From positions 14,829 through 78,828 of the forward strand of contig JANMPT010000050.1 in assembly GCA_031370005.1 (NCBI GenBank): DNA of 64,000 bases, written 5' to 3'. Shown here piece after piece: positions 17,656-31,318 of the stretch. The notes under the pieces were generated by a model, which was not told where the DNA came from, did no database searches, and saw only the letters and a program-made list of their open reading frames with translations. The stretch's first letter is position 1. Each line of letters opens with the position of its first letter. The DNA comes from Bdellovibrionales bacterium. GTDB taxonomy: Bacteria; Bdellovibrionota; Bdellovibrionia; Bdellovibrionales; Bdellovibrionaceae. The position numbers and the translations under genes were made by a program.

Positions 17656-19065
17656 ATGAGACTTGCCACCAGAGAAGACATTTATAAGATCGATAAGGCA
17701 GCGAATGAGGACTATGGACTCAGTTCTTCGTTGCTCATCGAAAAAGCGGGTTCTGCGCTGGCAGCAGGTTTTGAGAAAATCTTTCAACAGCAAAATTGGC
17801 ACAGGAAATTTAGAATCGGCATTTGGTGTGGCAAGGGAAACAATGGTGCTGATGGGCGTATGATGGCGCAGCTCCTGCGTGGGAAAACTTTTGTAGTGGA
17901 AGTACTTGAGGGCACCTCATGGAAGCCTCAAGATTTTGAAATTATTGTTGATGCACTTTTTGGTGTAGGGCTCAATCGTCCTATCGAAGGGGCTCTCAAA
18001 GAGCAGATTCTCAGGCTCAATAAATTTCGGCGAAAAGTTATCGCAGTAGATATTCCCAGTGGTTTGGACGCGAATACAGGAGAGATCCTTGGGGCAGCGG
18101 TGAAAGCTCAGTGGACGTTGACAATTGCACTAGCAAAGCCCGGATTATTTTTACAAGAGGGACCCGCCCAGTGTGGGCATATACAGCGTTTAGATATTGG
18201 GCTTCCGCGAGAGTTGCTGAGAAAAAATGCTAACAGCATTTTTTTGATTGGCAAAGCTAGTGCGAAAAAGCTTCTTCCCTCACGCTCTTCGATTTCGAAT
18301 AAAAGTCATTTTGGTCATCTCTTGGTTCTTGCAGGCTCTACAGGAATGGAGGGCGCGGCTTTACTGGCAGCAGAAGCCGCTGCGCGGATGGGTTGTGGTT
18401 ATGTAACCTTGTGCTCCTTAAGCCCTGAGATTTTTAAGAAATCTCGACCTGATTTTCTTCGTCTTTCTTTGAGCATGTTTTTTAAAAGTGACTTAAAAAA
18501 ATATACGGCGGTTGTTTTTGGACCCGGTCTTGGTGTGAATAATCAGACCTTGAAAATCTTCAAACACTTGCTGAAACACCATGGGAAGGTTTTGGTTGAT
18601 GCCGATGCTTTAACGATGCTTTCAAAAATGCCCTCTTTGAAATTGCCAGAAAACTGGCTTTTAACCCCTCACACAGGTGAGCTTTCTCGAATTCTGGGGC
18701 TTTCTGCCAAAGAACTTGAAAAAGATCGCTTACAAAGCGTGCAAATAGCGCAGAAAAACAAAACTTGCATGGTTTTACTAAAGGGCTTTCGCACAGTGCT
18801 AGGCAGTTCGCAAAAAACTTACATTATCGGCTCAGGAAATGTGGCCCTTGCCAAAGCCGGAAGTGGAGACGTTTTAAGTGGTTTTATTGGCTCATTAATG
18901 GCCCAAAACCTTGCCACAGACAAAGCAGCGGCATTAGGCGCGTATCTTCACGGTTGGATTGCAGATGACTGGCTCCGTCGAGGCCATTCAAATCGGACAT
19001 TGATGGCTTCAGATCTTCCAGAATTGCTTGATGCAAGCCTCAGGAGTTTGAAAAACTCTCTTTGA
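17656..19065 (+). CDS. nnr: bifunctional NAD(P)HX epimerase/dehydratase
   Basis: GKGNNGADG, DALFGVG, DIPSG; NKSHFG, GPGLG, DADAL, TPHTGE, AGSGDVLSG. Confidence 0.93.
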   Translation: MRLATREDIYKIDKAANEDYGLSSSLLIEKAGSALAAGFEKIFQQQNWHRKFRIGIWCGKGNNGADGRMMAQLLRGKTFVVEVLEGTSWKPQDFEIIVDALFGVGLNRPIEGALKEQILRLNKFRRKVIAVDIPSGLDANTGEILGAAVKAQWTLTIALAKPGLFLQEGPAQCGHIQRLDIGLPRELLRKNANSIFLIGKASAKKLLPSRSSISNKSHFGHLLVLAGSTGMEGAALLAAEAAARMGCGYVTLCSLSPEIFKKSRPDFLRLSLSMFFKSDLKKYTAVVFGPGLGVNNQTLKIFKHLLKHHGKVLVDADALTMLSKMPSLKLPENWLLTPHTGELSRILGLSAKELEKDRLQSVQIAQKNKTCMVLLKGFRTVLGSSQKTYIIGSGNVALAKAGSGDVLSGFIGSLMAQNLATDKAAALGAYLHGWIADDWLRRGHSNRTLMASDLPELLDASLRSLKNSL

Positions 19066-19082
19066 TGGATTAAGCTTTCCCC

Positions 19083-19657
19083 ATGTCTGGAAATATAAAA
19101 TTTATTAAAAGTGCAGTGCTGCCCAAGGATTATCCTCAAACTGGCAAAAAAGAGATCGCCATTGCAGGCAGATCCAATGCCGGCAAGAGCTCTTTTTTAA
19201 ATGCTCTTGGTAATACCAAAATCGCTAAAGTTAGTAATACACCTGGGAAAACCCGCTTGTTGAACTTTTTTAGTCGCGGCGATAGTTACGTTTTGGTGGA
19301 TATGCCCGGTTATGGATTTGCTGCTCGTTCCGGAAATGAAATGCGTGAATGGCATACCATGATTGAAAATTATCTAAGTATGCGCGAAGAGCTTGCAGGT
19401 TTAATTTTAGTAATGGATTCACGTCGTGATTGGACTGAGGACGAAGAGTTGTTAAAAGCCTTCACAGATTCTCGCGGCTTGCCTCTGGCCGTGGTTTTGA
19501 CGAAATCAGATAAGCTCAATCGCAACGACATTCAAAAAGCGCTCACTAAAATTAAAAAAGATGCGGCAACTGAAGCGGTGTTTATGACCTCCACCCTCAA
19601 AAATAGCGGGCAAGCTGCGGTGGAAGACTACGTTTATGAAAATTGGGTGAAGCAGAA

Positions 19658-19661
<4 letters not shown>
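19083..19661 (+). CDS. engB: GTP-binding protein EngB/YihA
   Basis: GRSNAGKSS, PGKT, DMPGYGFA, TKSDKL. Confidence 0.95.
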
Positions 19662-23036
<3,375 letters not shown>

Positions 23037-23084
23037 ACAGAGATTTGACAAAGGTCGAGTTAACTCATTGATAACCTTGCCGAG

Positions 23085-23636
23085 TTGTTGAATTTTTTTC
23101 ACAATGTCGAGATGGGATCAGAATATTCAAAACTCAACCAGGATCTGCGGAGTGTTAAGATGCTCGTTCTTGATGTGGACGGGGTGTTGACAGACTGTCG
23201 ACTCTGGATGGACTCCAACGGTGACTGGAAACGTTTTTATTCTATCCGCGATGGCGTTGGCATTAAGCGTCTTATCGAATCTGGTTACAAACTTGCAGTG
23301 ATCACAGGAACCAAAGCAGAAGATATTCGTCAACGGGTAAAAAATCTTGGCATTCAATTTTTCTATGAAGGTGCCACTGACAAGATACCCTCATTTTTGG
23401 AATTACAAAAGCAATCTGGCATACAAGCTGAAGAGATGGCTTATCTTGGAGATGATATTTACGATATCCCCCTGATTCAAGCAGTGGCCTTCGGCGCCGC
23501 AGTGCCAGAGGCAGTCGAAGAAGTTATTGAAGTTGCACAATATATAACTAAAAGGCCTGGCGGCAATGGTGCTGTTCGCGAGGTTTGTGATCTGATTTAT
23601 AAACACGGAGCTCTTTCATTATCAGGGCGGTCATAA
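23085..23636 (+). CDS. kdsC: Kdo-8-phosphate phosphatase (start may be ATG 23112)
   Basis: DVDGVLTD, RDGVGI, YLGDDIYD, GGNGAVRE. Confidence 0.93.
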   Translation: MLNFFHNVEMGSEYSKLNQDLRSVKMLVLDVDGVLTDCRLWMDSNGDWKRFYSIRDGVGIKRLIESGYKLAVITGTKAEDIRQRVKNLGIQFFYEGATDKIPSFLELQKQSGIQAEEMAYLGDDIYDIPLIQAVAFGAAVPEAVEEVIEVAQYITKRPGGNGAVREVCDLIYKHGALSLSGRS

Positions 23637-24416
23637 ATGATTAAGAATGCACTCAAAGGATTGAGTCTTTTCCTGATTTTTTTCTTGGTTACATTTCTTT
23701 TACAAAGAGTGGCTTTCGCCGCAGAGGTCGTAGAGCTGCCAATGGAGGAGCTTGCAACGGAGTCGGTCTATCCAGTTTTCGATAAGCCCGTGAGCGTGAA
23801 AAATAGAAATATAATAACGGCAGGTCGTTTCGAGATTGGTGCTTACTACGGAAATGCACTAACAGAGCCCATTTTTAACACAAGTAAATTCGGTTTTTCC
23901 GCTTATTATCATCTCAATGAGGAACATGCTCTGGGCGTCTTGTATGAGAAGAATTTTTCGGGCTTGAGTAAATACGGCGAGCAATTGAAAGATGTGCCGG
24001 GGCAAGGAACGCAGATTCATATCGACTTTACGCGTGCGCCAGCCCCTGAATCAACCATGATGCTTGATTACAATTTCAATGCCTTCTATGGAAAAATGAG
24101 TTTAAGCAAAAGTATGGTTTTCAATTTGACGACCTTTGGTTCAGTCGCAGCAGGAATTGTGAAGTATCAGAACAAAGCTTATCCTGGAATCGCAGTCGGC
24201 CTGGGGCAAAAGTACCATATGACAAAGCAGTTCAGTCTTCGTTGGGATCTGCGTATGTTTGCAAACAATGCGCCGATTCCATTTTATAGCAGCACGAACA
24301 ACCCCTACACCTTGGACCCAACAGACGGTACTAAAAATGCGCCACCATATAATCAATTTTCTGAACGGCTTACTTACACCACCAATTTGAATATTGGTGG
24401 TGCATACATGTTTTAA
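23637..24416 (+). CDS. outer-membrane beta-barrel, GltA/GltB-like
   Basis: Signal peptide, V.VKNR...GRFE, FYGKM motif, C-terminal YMF; heads the TPR/TolQR cluster. Confidence 0.72.
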   Translation: MIKNALKGLSLFLIFFLVTFLLQRVAFAAEVVELPMEELATESVYPVFDKPVSVKNRNIITAGRFEIGAYYGNALTEPIFNTSKFGFSAYYHLNEEHALGVLYEKNFSGLSKYGEQLKDVPGQGTQIHIDFTRAPAPESTMMLDYNFNAFYGKMSLSKSMVFNLTTFGSVAAGIVKYQNKAYPGIAVGLGQKYHMTKQFSLRWDLRMFANNAPIPFYSSTNNPYTLDPTDGTKNAPPYNQFSERLTYTTNLNIGGAYMF

Positions 24417-24427
24417 GGACGGGATCG

Positions 24428-25261
24428 ATGCAAATGGACTTTAAAACACTCTTTACAATGATACTTGCTATCTTTATGACGAGTCATATTGCCTTGGCAT
24501 CGGAAGATTCAAGCAGTACGAGCGGCGATGACTTGAATGTTATCGAGATGGAGCTTGATAAAGCAGCTCCACCTCAACAGCCAGATTATGCTCCGGGTGC
24601 TCAAAGTCAGAAGCTCGATGCCAATGAAGATAAGGCCGAAGCACAAAATAATAAACTTACGGACTTCTCTGGCCTGACTAAACTGCAGCCCTTTAGCGAG
24701 ATTTCTGTAATCCAAAAACGTTTTTTACCGAAAACGGGACGCCTTCAGTTTACGGGTGCATTTTCAACGATCACGAACAACCCTTGGTTTCTTACCATGG
24801 GGGTTTCGTTAAAGGCAGCTTACTACTTCACAGAAGCCTGGGGGATAGAGGGAACTTACACCTCAATGACGAGTTCGCAAAAAACTTCAGCTCAAGAGCT
24901 TCATGATAACAACGGGGTCAGCGCTGATAGTTTTGGATTTCCTAAAAATTATATCGGTGTGGATGCGAAATACACACCTTTTTACGGCAAGATGGCTTGG
25001 CTTAATAGGAAGATTGTTCCTTTTGAGCATTATTTCACTGTTGGTGGAGGTAACACATCTGTCAGCACGGGGGGCAGTGGCCCTACTCTTCATATTGGCA
25101 CTGGGCAGAATTTTGCCTTGTCGAAGCGTTTTTCGGCAAATTGGGATTTTAGCGTGATGAACTATTCTGCAAAAGCGACAGATGGTACTGTGCAAAGCTT
25201 CAGTGATTTGCTTTTGACGGTCGGTATGAGTTTCTTCTATCCGGAGGCCACTTACAGATGA
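24428..25261 (+). CDS. outer-membrane beta-barrel, GltA/GltB-like paralogue
   Basis: VIQKRFLPKTGRLQ, PFYGKM; similar to the preceding gene. Confidence 0.72.
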   Translation: MQMDFKTLFTMILAIFMTSHIALASEDSSSTSGDDLNVIEMELDKAAPPQQPDYAPGAQSQKLDANEDKAEAQNNKLTDFSGLTKLQPFSEISVIQKRFLPKTGRLQFTGAFSTITNNPWFLTMGVSLKAAYYFTEAWGIEGTYTSMTSSQKTSAQELHDNNGVSADSFGFPKNYIGVDAKYTPFYGKMAWLNRKIVPFEHYFTVGGGNTSVSTGGSGPTLHIGTGQNFALSKRFSANWDFSVMNYSAKATDGTVQSFSDLLLTVGMSFFYPEATYR

Positions 25262-26838
25262 GAAAATATATTTTAACTTTTCTAATGTCAGGCCTTCTAT
25301 TTTCTTCAGCATATGCAGCTCAAAAAAAAGTAGCGCCCAATAAAGCATCATCGCGAACCCGTGTTGTTGCTGCTCCAAGGGCGAAGAACTCTCCGCTCAG
25401 ACAACAAGTTAATCAGGCCTTAGCTTTGGCAAAAAGTGGTCAGTATGAACAAGCGGCCAGTGCTTTGTTTCAATTGGTCCGTCGTTCTGAACTCCAGGCC
25501 GAGCGGCCGCAGTTAAAATACGTTCTTGGTTTGATGTTGATGAATATGAAGTTAAATCAAGTCGCTGCCTTTCAATTCGTAGATGTTATCCGAATGGGCA
25601 ATAATAAGTTTGTGAAGAGTGCAATTGAAAAGCTTTCCATCGTTGCGGATAACTTGGGCGATGACACCTTACTGAACTATGCAGTTTCCAAGGTCGATTT
25701 GAGTCATTTTCCTGCAAATAACCGTGACATGCTTTATTTCCGAATAGGTGAAATAAAAATGAAAGCGCGAGAATTCGCGATGGCTTCCGAGTTATTCTCC
25801 AAGGTCAGCTCAAGTAGCCGTTATTATAATCAAGCCCTTTTTAGTCGTGGCCTGGCGGAGTTAGAGGGCAATCAAGCAGATGCTGCCATTAAAACGTTTC
25901 AGACATTGCTTGCTTCGCGTGAACGAGCACCAATAACAGATACGAATCGGGTTGCAGCACAAATTGCCATCGCACGATCACTATATCAAAAGCAAGATTG
26001 GGATGCTGCTATTGAAGCCTATGCACAAGTACCCCGCGATCACTTTTTGTGGCACGATGCTTTGTTTGAGTCCTCATGGGCAATGTTAAGAGCTGCGCGC
26101 TTTCGTTCGGTCCTCAGTAATTTTCAATCCTTGCATTCAAGCTATTATGACGATTTTTACATTCCAGAGTCCCTGCTTCTTCGTGCCATCGTATATCTTT
26201 ACATCTGTAAATATGACGAAATGGAAAAGGTTTTGAGTCTGTTTGAAAATACGTATGGCCCCGTTCGCGCGAAAATTGGCGACTTTATTCGTTCAAACAC
26301 TGATGCCATGGAATATTACAAAGAGATTGAAAAGGGTCAGCAAATCAAGAGGTCAGACAAGGCTGTGAACTTGAAGCTTCCGTACAATGTACTGAAGAAT
26401 ATCTCTGAAGAGGGGAACGTCAAGCGTTCGCTTTACTATATTAAGCGTCTCAATGACGAGAAGGCTCGTATTGATGCAAATCCGGGATTTAGAAGTACGC
26501 CTGTAGGACAGTACTCCCTAAAAGTAGTAAATAACCGGCAGCGCAATGCAAAACTCTCTGTGGGCGATATGACAAAAGCGCATTTGCTTAATATGCGTGT
26601 TGAGCTTCGTGATCTCTATGAACAGGCTGGCTTTATACGCTATGAGATGATTAATGGCAAAAAAGAAAATTTGAAAATGAAATTGGCAGGGAAAGATCTT
26701 CCGGCCGAGCAAATTGATGAAAAAGTCGATCGTACTTTCTATGTACAGAACGGTTACGAATATTATCCATTTCAGGGGGAATATTGGTTGGATGAAATTG
26801 GAAACTACCACTATTTAGGTAAACAAAGTTGCGAGTAA
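25258..26838 (+). CDS. TPR protein, GltC-like
   Basis: Signal peptide, TPRs, C-terminal YPFQGEYWLDEIGNY as recalled for the GltC family. Confidence 0.75.
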   Translation: MRKYILTFLMSGLLFSSAYAAQKKVAPNKASSRTRVVAAPRAKNSPLRQQVNQALALAKSGQYEQAASALFQLVRRSELQAERPQLKYVLGLMLMNMKLNQVAAFQFVDVIRMGNNKFVKSAIEKLSIVADNLGDDTLLNYAVSKVDLSHFPANNRDMLYFRIGEIKMKAREFAMASELFSKVSSSSRYYNQALFSRGLAELEGNQADAAIKTFQTLLASRERAPITDTNRVAAQIAIARSLYQKQDWDAAIEAYAQVPRDHFLWHDALFESSWAMLRAARFRSVLSNFQSLHSSYYDDFYIPESLLLRAIVYLYICKYDEMEKVLSLFENTYGPVRAKIGDFIRSNTDAMEYYKEIEKGQQIKRSDKAVNLKLPYNVLKNISEEGNVKRSLYYIKRLNDEKARIDANPGFRSTPVGQYSLKVVNNRQRNAKLSVGDMTKAHLLNMRVELRDLYEQAGFIRYEMINGKKENLKMKLAGKDLPAEQIDEKVDRTFYVQNGYEYYPFQGEYWLDEIGNYHYLGKQSCE

Positions 26839-26841
26839 TTT

Positions 26842-29800
26842 ATGCTTAATAATAAAAGTCGTATTTTAAATTCACTCATTTTTTTGAGCTTAACTATAGG
26901 CTTTGCCGCCTATGGTGCAGCTGTGGCGGGTCAGACCAAATCGAAAAAAACTAAAGCAGCTCAGATCAGCGGAAAGAAAACCGTTGGCCAGTTGCTAAAT
27001 CAAATTAGCCAAGACAGCCGCGGTGGCAATATCCAATTGCAGAAAAATGACACGACTCTTCCTGAGTTTGGTTTTAACTTCAAGCCGAGTCAAAATCAGC
27101 ATAATTTAGAATCCATAAAGCCTCCTCGTTCGTCTGACCTCTTGTTAAATCGTGGCGGGGGGACGAAGGCAGAATATGAGCGTGTTTTGAATCAACAGAT
27201 TCAAGAGTTATATAAACTTACACAAAGATTTAAAAACAGTCCAAATCGTGGCGAGTTGTGGCTGCGTCTTGCAGAGTTGTATGTTGAAAAAGCTGGAATC
27301 GTCGATTCACGACATCAAGATATCTATGATCAAGCCTTAGCAGATTTCAAAAATGGCAAAATAAAAGTTAAGCCAGTTTTAAATACATCAGAGGCAAGGT
27401 CTTTCAATCGTAGGGCTATTCAATTATATGAATGGTTTGAGCGCGATTTTCCTAAAGACGAAAAAATGGATCAGGCGTTGTTCTTTTTGGGTTACAATTA
27501 TTTCGAGATGGGCGATACCCGTAAGGGCGCTCAGTATTATGTTCGTTTGAATAAGCAATTCCCACATAGTCCGTTTGTAGGAGAGTCACATTTTTCTTTG
27601 GGCGAGTATTATTTTGAGAATGAAAAATGGGCTGATGCATACAAAGAATACGCATATGTTATTAAGGATAAAAAACATCGTCTGAATATATTTGGTCTCT
27701 ACAAGGGCTCTTGGTGTTTGTACCGCCTTGGAAAAAGCCAGCAGGCATTGTCTTATCTTGAGTATATTATCAAAACGGCGAAGTACGAGTCAGAGGTTTC
27801 TTCTCAGAGTCGGCGTGCCGTTAACAAAAACCGTTTGGAGCAGGAAGCACTTCGCGACATCGTGATCTTTTACGCAGAGGCGAGACCTGCAGCAGATGCT
27901 ATTGGATACTTCCGCGGCCTTTTGGGGGATGCTAACATCATTCCTAGTCTTGAGAAGTTGGCTTATTATTACTCAGATAAGGGTGCTAAAGATGATGCTC
28001 GTGATGTTTTTAAGATGCTGATTGGTGAAAAGCCGGACAGCCCGAAGGCATTCGATTGGCAATATCAGATTGTACAAAACTATTTCTATGCTAAGAACTC
28101 GCCAAAATTCCGTGAAGAGCTTTATGTTTGGATCAAAAATTTTGCACCCAATACTCCATGGTATGAGGCGAATAAAGCAAATAAAGATCTGATCGATAAT
28201 GCCTATAAACTCCGAGAAACAACTTTACGCAATTATGCAATGCAACAGCATCAAACGGCCCAAAACTCTCATGCGGCGGGGCCAATGAAAGCGGCTTATG
28301 AAGGCTATGTTTTTTATTTTGAAGAATTCGGAAGTGCTCCTATGGCGGCGGATATGCACTTCTACTTTGCAGAGTTACTTTACGATATGAAGCGCTACGA
28401 CGAGGCAGCCGTTCATTATAAATGGGTTGTAGACAATGCCCCTCAAAATAAATTTATAGATAAAGCGGCGGCAAATTTGATTCTAGCTTTGGAAAAAAGT
28501 ATTCCGACTGATGCGGAATTGCAAAAGCGAATCGCGAGTACCTTGGAGCCACAAGCCCTCGATCCAAAAGTAGAGCGTTTTATTAAGGCTAGTCAGTGGT
28601 ATATTGCAAGATTCCCTCAGGCTGAAAAAGCACCAGAGATCAAGTTTCGCATTGGCCGCTTATACTATATGCATAATCAGTTCGATGAAGCGACAAAGGT
28701 GTTTCGTGATATTGTAACTATTTATCCAAAAACAAAGTATGCAGAATATTCTGCCAACTTGCTGCTGGATATTTTTAACTTACGTAAAGACTATGCGGGT
28801 CTTGAAAAGGCTGCTGCCGAGCTTTTGGCTGTTCAATCCATTGCCAACTCCAAAGTTGGCAGTGAAATCAAAAGCGTCATGGAAAAGGCCAGTTTCAAAA
28901 AAGGTCAAGATCTCGAGGCTGAAAAGAAGTACAGTGAATCAGCTCAAGCCTTTGAAGCTTTTGCTAAAAACAACACACACTCAGAGTTAGCCACAACGGC
29001 GATTTTTAACGCCGGTATTAACTATGAAAGAGCGGGAGCATTGTCGTCGGCAATTGCGATGTATAATCAGGTTTTGAATTCTAAAGATACCAAGATGGAG
29101 TCAAATAAATCAAAAGTGCGACGATTTTTGGCAAAACTGTATCAAAATTCCGGAAACCTTGAAGAGGCGGCTCGTTTGTATAAAATCGCTGCGGCCGAGA
29201 ATCCAAAAGATCCACTGGCGCCAAATTTTATTTATAATACAGCTTTACTAAATGAAGCTTTGGGTAAAAGCGACTCTGCAATCCGTTCATATGAAGAATA
29301 TATCAAGATGGCCAAGAGAAAAAGTGAAACCAGTGAGGCACTTTACTCGGTTGCGACTCTGCACCGTAAGGCGAATCATATTACTGCTGCAATTGATAAA
29401 TATAAAAGCTATTTAGAGTCCGGCGCAAGTAATCCAGAGGAAGTGATTGAGGCTCATTACTGGATTTCAGACTTGCTGAAACGAAAACACCAGGCCTCGG
29501 AGTCTGAAGCGTGGGCCAGAAAAACAATCGCCGTGCAAAGGAGATTGGCTGGGAATAAAAAAATTGGTGCGAAATATGCAGCAAAATTGAAATTCAATGA
29601 GGCTTTAAAAAGCTTCAATGAGTACAAGGCGGCACGCATCTCTGCGAATCCGGCCAAGCAAAAAGCGACCTTGGATAAGAAAATATCGGCTTTCGGAAAG
29701 CTAAATAAAGATATTTCTGAAGTTGTTAAGTATGATAGTGGTGAGGAAATTGTAAGTAGTTTGTCCCTTTTAGGGGAAGCTAACTTGCTTATGTATGAAG

Positions 29801-30066
29801 CCATTACGGCTGTGCCAATACCGAATGGCTTGAATGCGGAAGAGACCAAGCAATATAAAGCAGGGGTTGAGCAAATGTCCTCACCGTTTGTGTCGAAAGC
29901 GAAAGAGAGCTTTAAGCTTGCGGTGGATCGAGGTTGGGAGCTTGAAGTTTACAACGAAGCATATCACACAGCATTGGATCAATATACAAAACTAATGCCG
30001 GGCTCTTACTACAACAACGGAGAACAGGCTTCAGACGTCAGAATTATAAATTGGATGACACAATGA
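26842..30066 (+). CDS. large TPR protein, GltD/AgmU-like
   Basis: 1074 aa, many TPRs (LRLAELY, DQALFFLGY, YFAELLY); cluster position. Confidence 0.78.
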   Translation: MLNNKSRILNSLIFLSLTIGFAAYGAAVAGQTKSKKTKAAQISGKKTVGQLLNQISQDSRGGNIQLQKNDTTLPEFGFNFKPSQNQHNLESIKPPRSSDLLLNRGGGTKAEYERVLNQQIQELYKLTQRFKNSPNRGELWLRLAELYVEKAGIVDSRHQDIYDQALADFKNGKIKVKPVLNTSEARSFNRRAIQLYEWFERDFPKDEKMDQALFFLGYNYFEMGDTRKGAQYYVRLNKQFPHSPFVGESHFSLGEYYFENEKWADAYKEYAYVIKDKKHRLNIFGLYKGSWCLYRLGKSQQALSYLEYIIKTAKYESEVSSQSRRAVNKNRLEQEALRDIVIFYAEARPAADAIGYFRGLLGDANIIPSLEKLAYYYSDKGAKDDARDVFKMLIGEKPDSPKAFDWQYQIVQNYFYAKNSPKFREELYVWIKNFAPNTPWYEANKANKDLIDNAYKLRETTLRNYAMQQHQTAQNSHAAGPMKAAYEGYVFYFEEFGSAPMAADMHFYFAELLYDMKRYDEAAVHYKWVVDNAPQNKFIDKAAANLILALEKSIPTDAELQKRIASTLEPQALDPKVERFIKASQWYIARFPQAEKAPEIKFRIGRLYYMHNQFDEATKVFRDIVTIYPKTKYAEYSANLLLDIFNLRKDYAGLEKAAAELLAVQSIANSKVGSEIKSVMEKASFKKGQDLEAEKKYSESAQAFEAFAKNNTHSELATTAIFNAGINYERAGALSSAIAMYNQVLNSKDTKMESNKSKVRRFLAKLYQNSGNLEEAARLYKIAAAENPKDPLAPNFIYNTALLNEALGKSDSAIRSYEEYIKMAKRKSETSEALYSVATLHRKANHITAAIDKYKSYLESGASNPEEVIEAHYWISDLLKRKHQASESEAWARKTIAVQRRLAGNKKIGAKYAAKLKFNEALKSFNEYKAARISANPAKQKATLDKKISAFGKLNKDISEVVKYDSGEEIVSSLSLLGEANLLMYEAITAVPIPNGLNAEETKQYKAGVEQMSSPFVSKAKESFKLAVDRGWELEVYNEAYHTALDQYTKLMPGSYYNNGEQASDVRIINWMTQ

Positions 30067-30980
30067 TAAAAATAATTATTCTAGTTTCAATTCTTAGCGG
30101 ACTTTTCGCAGCTTGTGGATCATCTCCGACAAAACAAGGCAGCGGCGATGATGGCGGATACAGCCCTGTAGCAAGCGCTACTGCTGGAAGCTCGGCAAAG
30201 AGCTTTAATTTAGACGAAGACAGCAGTTTAAACACTTCAACAAAGGCTGCCCCTACTTCAGCTCAATCAGCCAAAGTCGTGGCACCAGTGGCTTCAGTTT
30301 CACCGGCAGCTCCACTGAGTCAAGGTGTGTTGATTGATGTAATCAAGAGCCAAAATGATGAGCAGATTTTCCACGTTGCTGGTCAGCTGCTCACCCAAAA
30401 TCCAAATAATGTGAAAGCAATGAATGCCATGGCCATGTACTATTTCAAAAAGGGCAAAGTGGACACCGCCAGATATTTATTAAATAAAGCCATCGCCACG
30501 GATCCAAATGCCGGCGAGGCCTATAGCAATATGGGTCTGATTTATCTTGCAAACAATGAGCGTCTAGAGGCGATCAAGGCTTTCCATAAGGCCCTTGATA
30601 TCAACGCGAACGATAGTGTTGCCGCAGCCAATGCGGGCTCGATCTATGTCGCGGAGAAAGACTACAACAAAGCTGTTTTGGTTCTAGCTGTCGCCTACAA
30701 TGGAGGCGTCCGCGACGTAAAAACTTTAAACAACTATGCTATTGCATTAACAGCTGTCGGGAAGTTCGACGAGGCAAGTTCAATCTATCAGGCGGCGATG
30801 AAAGATCAAAATAACAATCGCGAGTTGCTTTTAAACTATGCTATTCTCTTGATTGATCACATGAACAAGTACAAAGAGGGCATGGACGCTCTGAACAGAC
30901 TTAGGTTCGTAGGTCCTCCTTCAGAGTCCCGCAACCGCATGAGTGCTTTAGAAACTAAAGCAAAGGCTGGTTTAAAATAG
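30063..30980 (+). CDS. TPR lipoprotein, GltE/AglT-like
   Basis: Lipobox FAAC, TPRs (AYSNMG, LNNYA). ATG 30063 overlaps the upstream stop. Confidence 0.75.
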   Translation: MIKIIILVSILSGLFAACGSSPTKQGSGDDGGYSPVASATAGSSAKSFNLDEDSSLNTSTKAAPTSAQSAKVVAPVASVSPAAPLSQGVLIDVIKSQNDEQIFHVAGQLLTQNPNNVKAMNAMAMYYFKKGKVDTARYLLNKAIATDPNAGEAYSNMGLIYLANNERLEAIKAFHKALDINANDSVAAANAGSIYVAEKDYNKAVLVLAVAYNGGVRDVKTLNNYAIALTAVGKFDEASSIYQAAMKDQNNNRELLLNYAILLIDHMNKYKEGMDALNRLRFVGPPSESRNRMSALETKAKAGLK

Positions 30981-30991
30981 AAACAGGGGGA

Positions 30992-31318
30992 ATGAGGATC
31001 ATGAAACGTCTTTTACTGTCGGCGATCACTTGCAGCTTAGTTATCTTCATGAGCAGCTATGCCTTTGCTCAAGAGGAGGCGGCTCCAGCTCCTACGCCCT
31101 CATCGGGAGCGTCGAAGTCTCATCCCAAGGGCGCTCGTACTCAAAAGTTGAACTTTGAGGATGAGTTGGTTGAGGGCGGAACTCAAAAGCCGGAATTATT
31201 TTATCTCTTTCAGAAGAAAAATTTTAACTATAAGCGTTTAATTAAGTTGAGACAAAATTTTATTCCTGAAATGAGAAAAACATCTGAAGATATTCAGCGC
31301 ATTCGGGGTGGCACTTGA
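30992..31318 (+). CDS. small secreted protein, GltF/CglF-like
   Basis: Signal peptide; FEDELVEG..QKPE...LIKLRQNFIPEM. Confidence 0.72.
   Translation: MRIMKRLLLSAITCSLVIFMSSYAFAQEEAAPAPTPSSGASKSHPKGARTQKLNFEDELVEGGTQKPELFYLFQKKNFNYKRLIKLRQNFIPEMRKTSEDIQRIRGGT

Noticed and set aside
13983..19065. Functional link between the NAD-targeting RES toxin and the nearby NAD(P)HX repair gene nnr
   Set aside because: nnr heads a housekeeping run three genes away; the proximity is probably coincidental.
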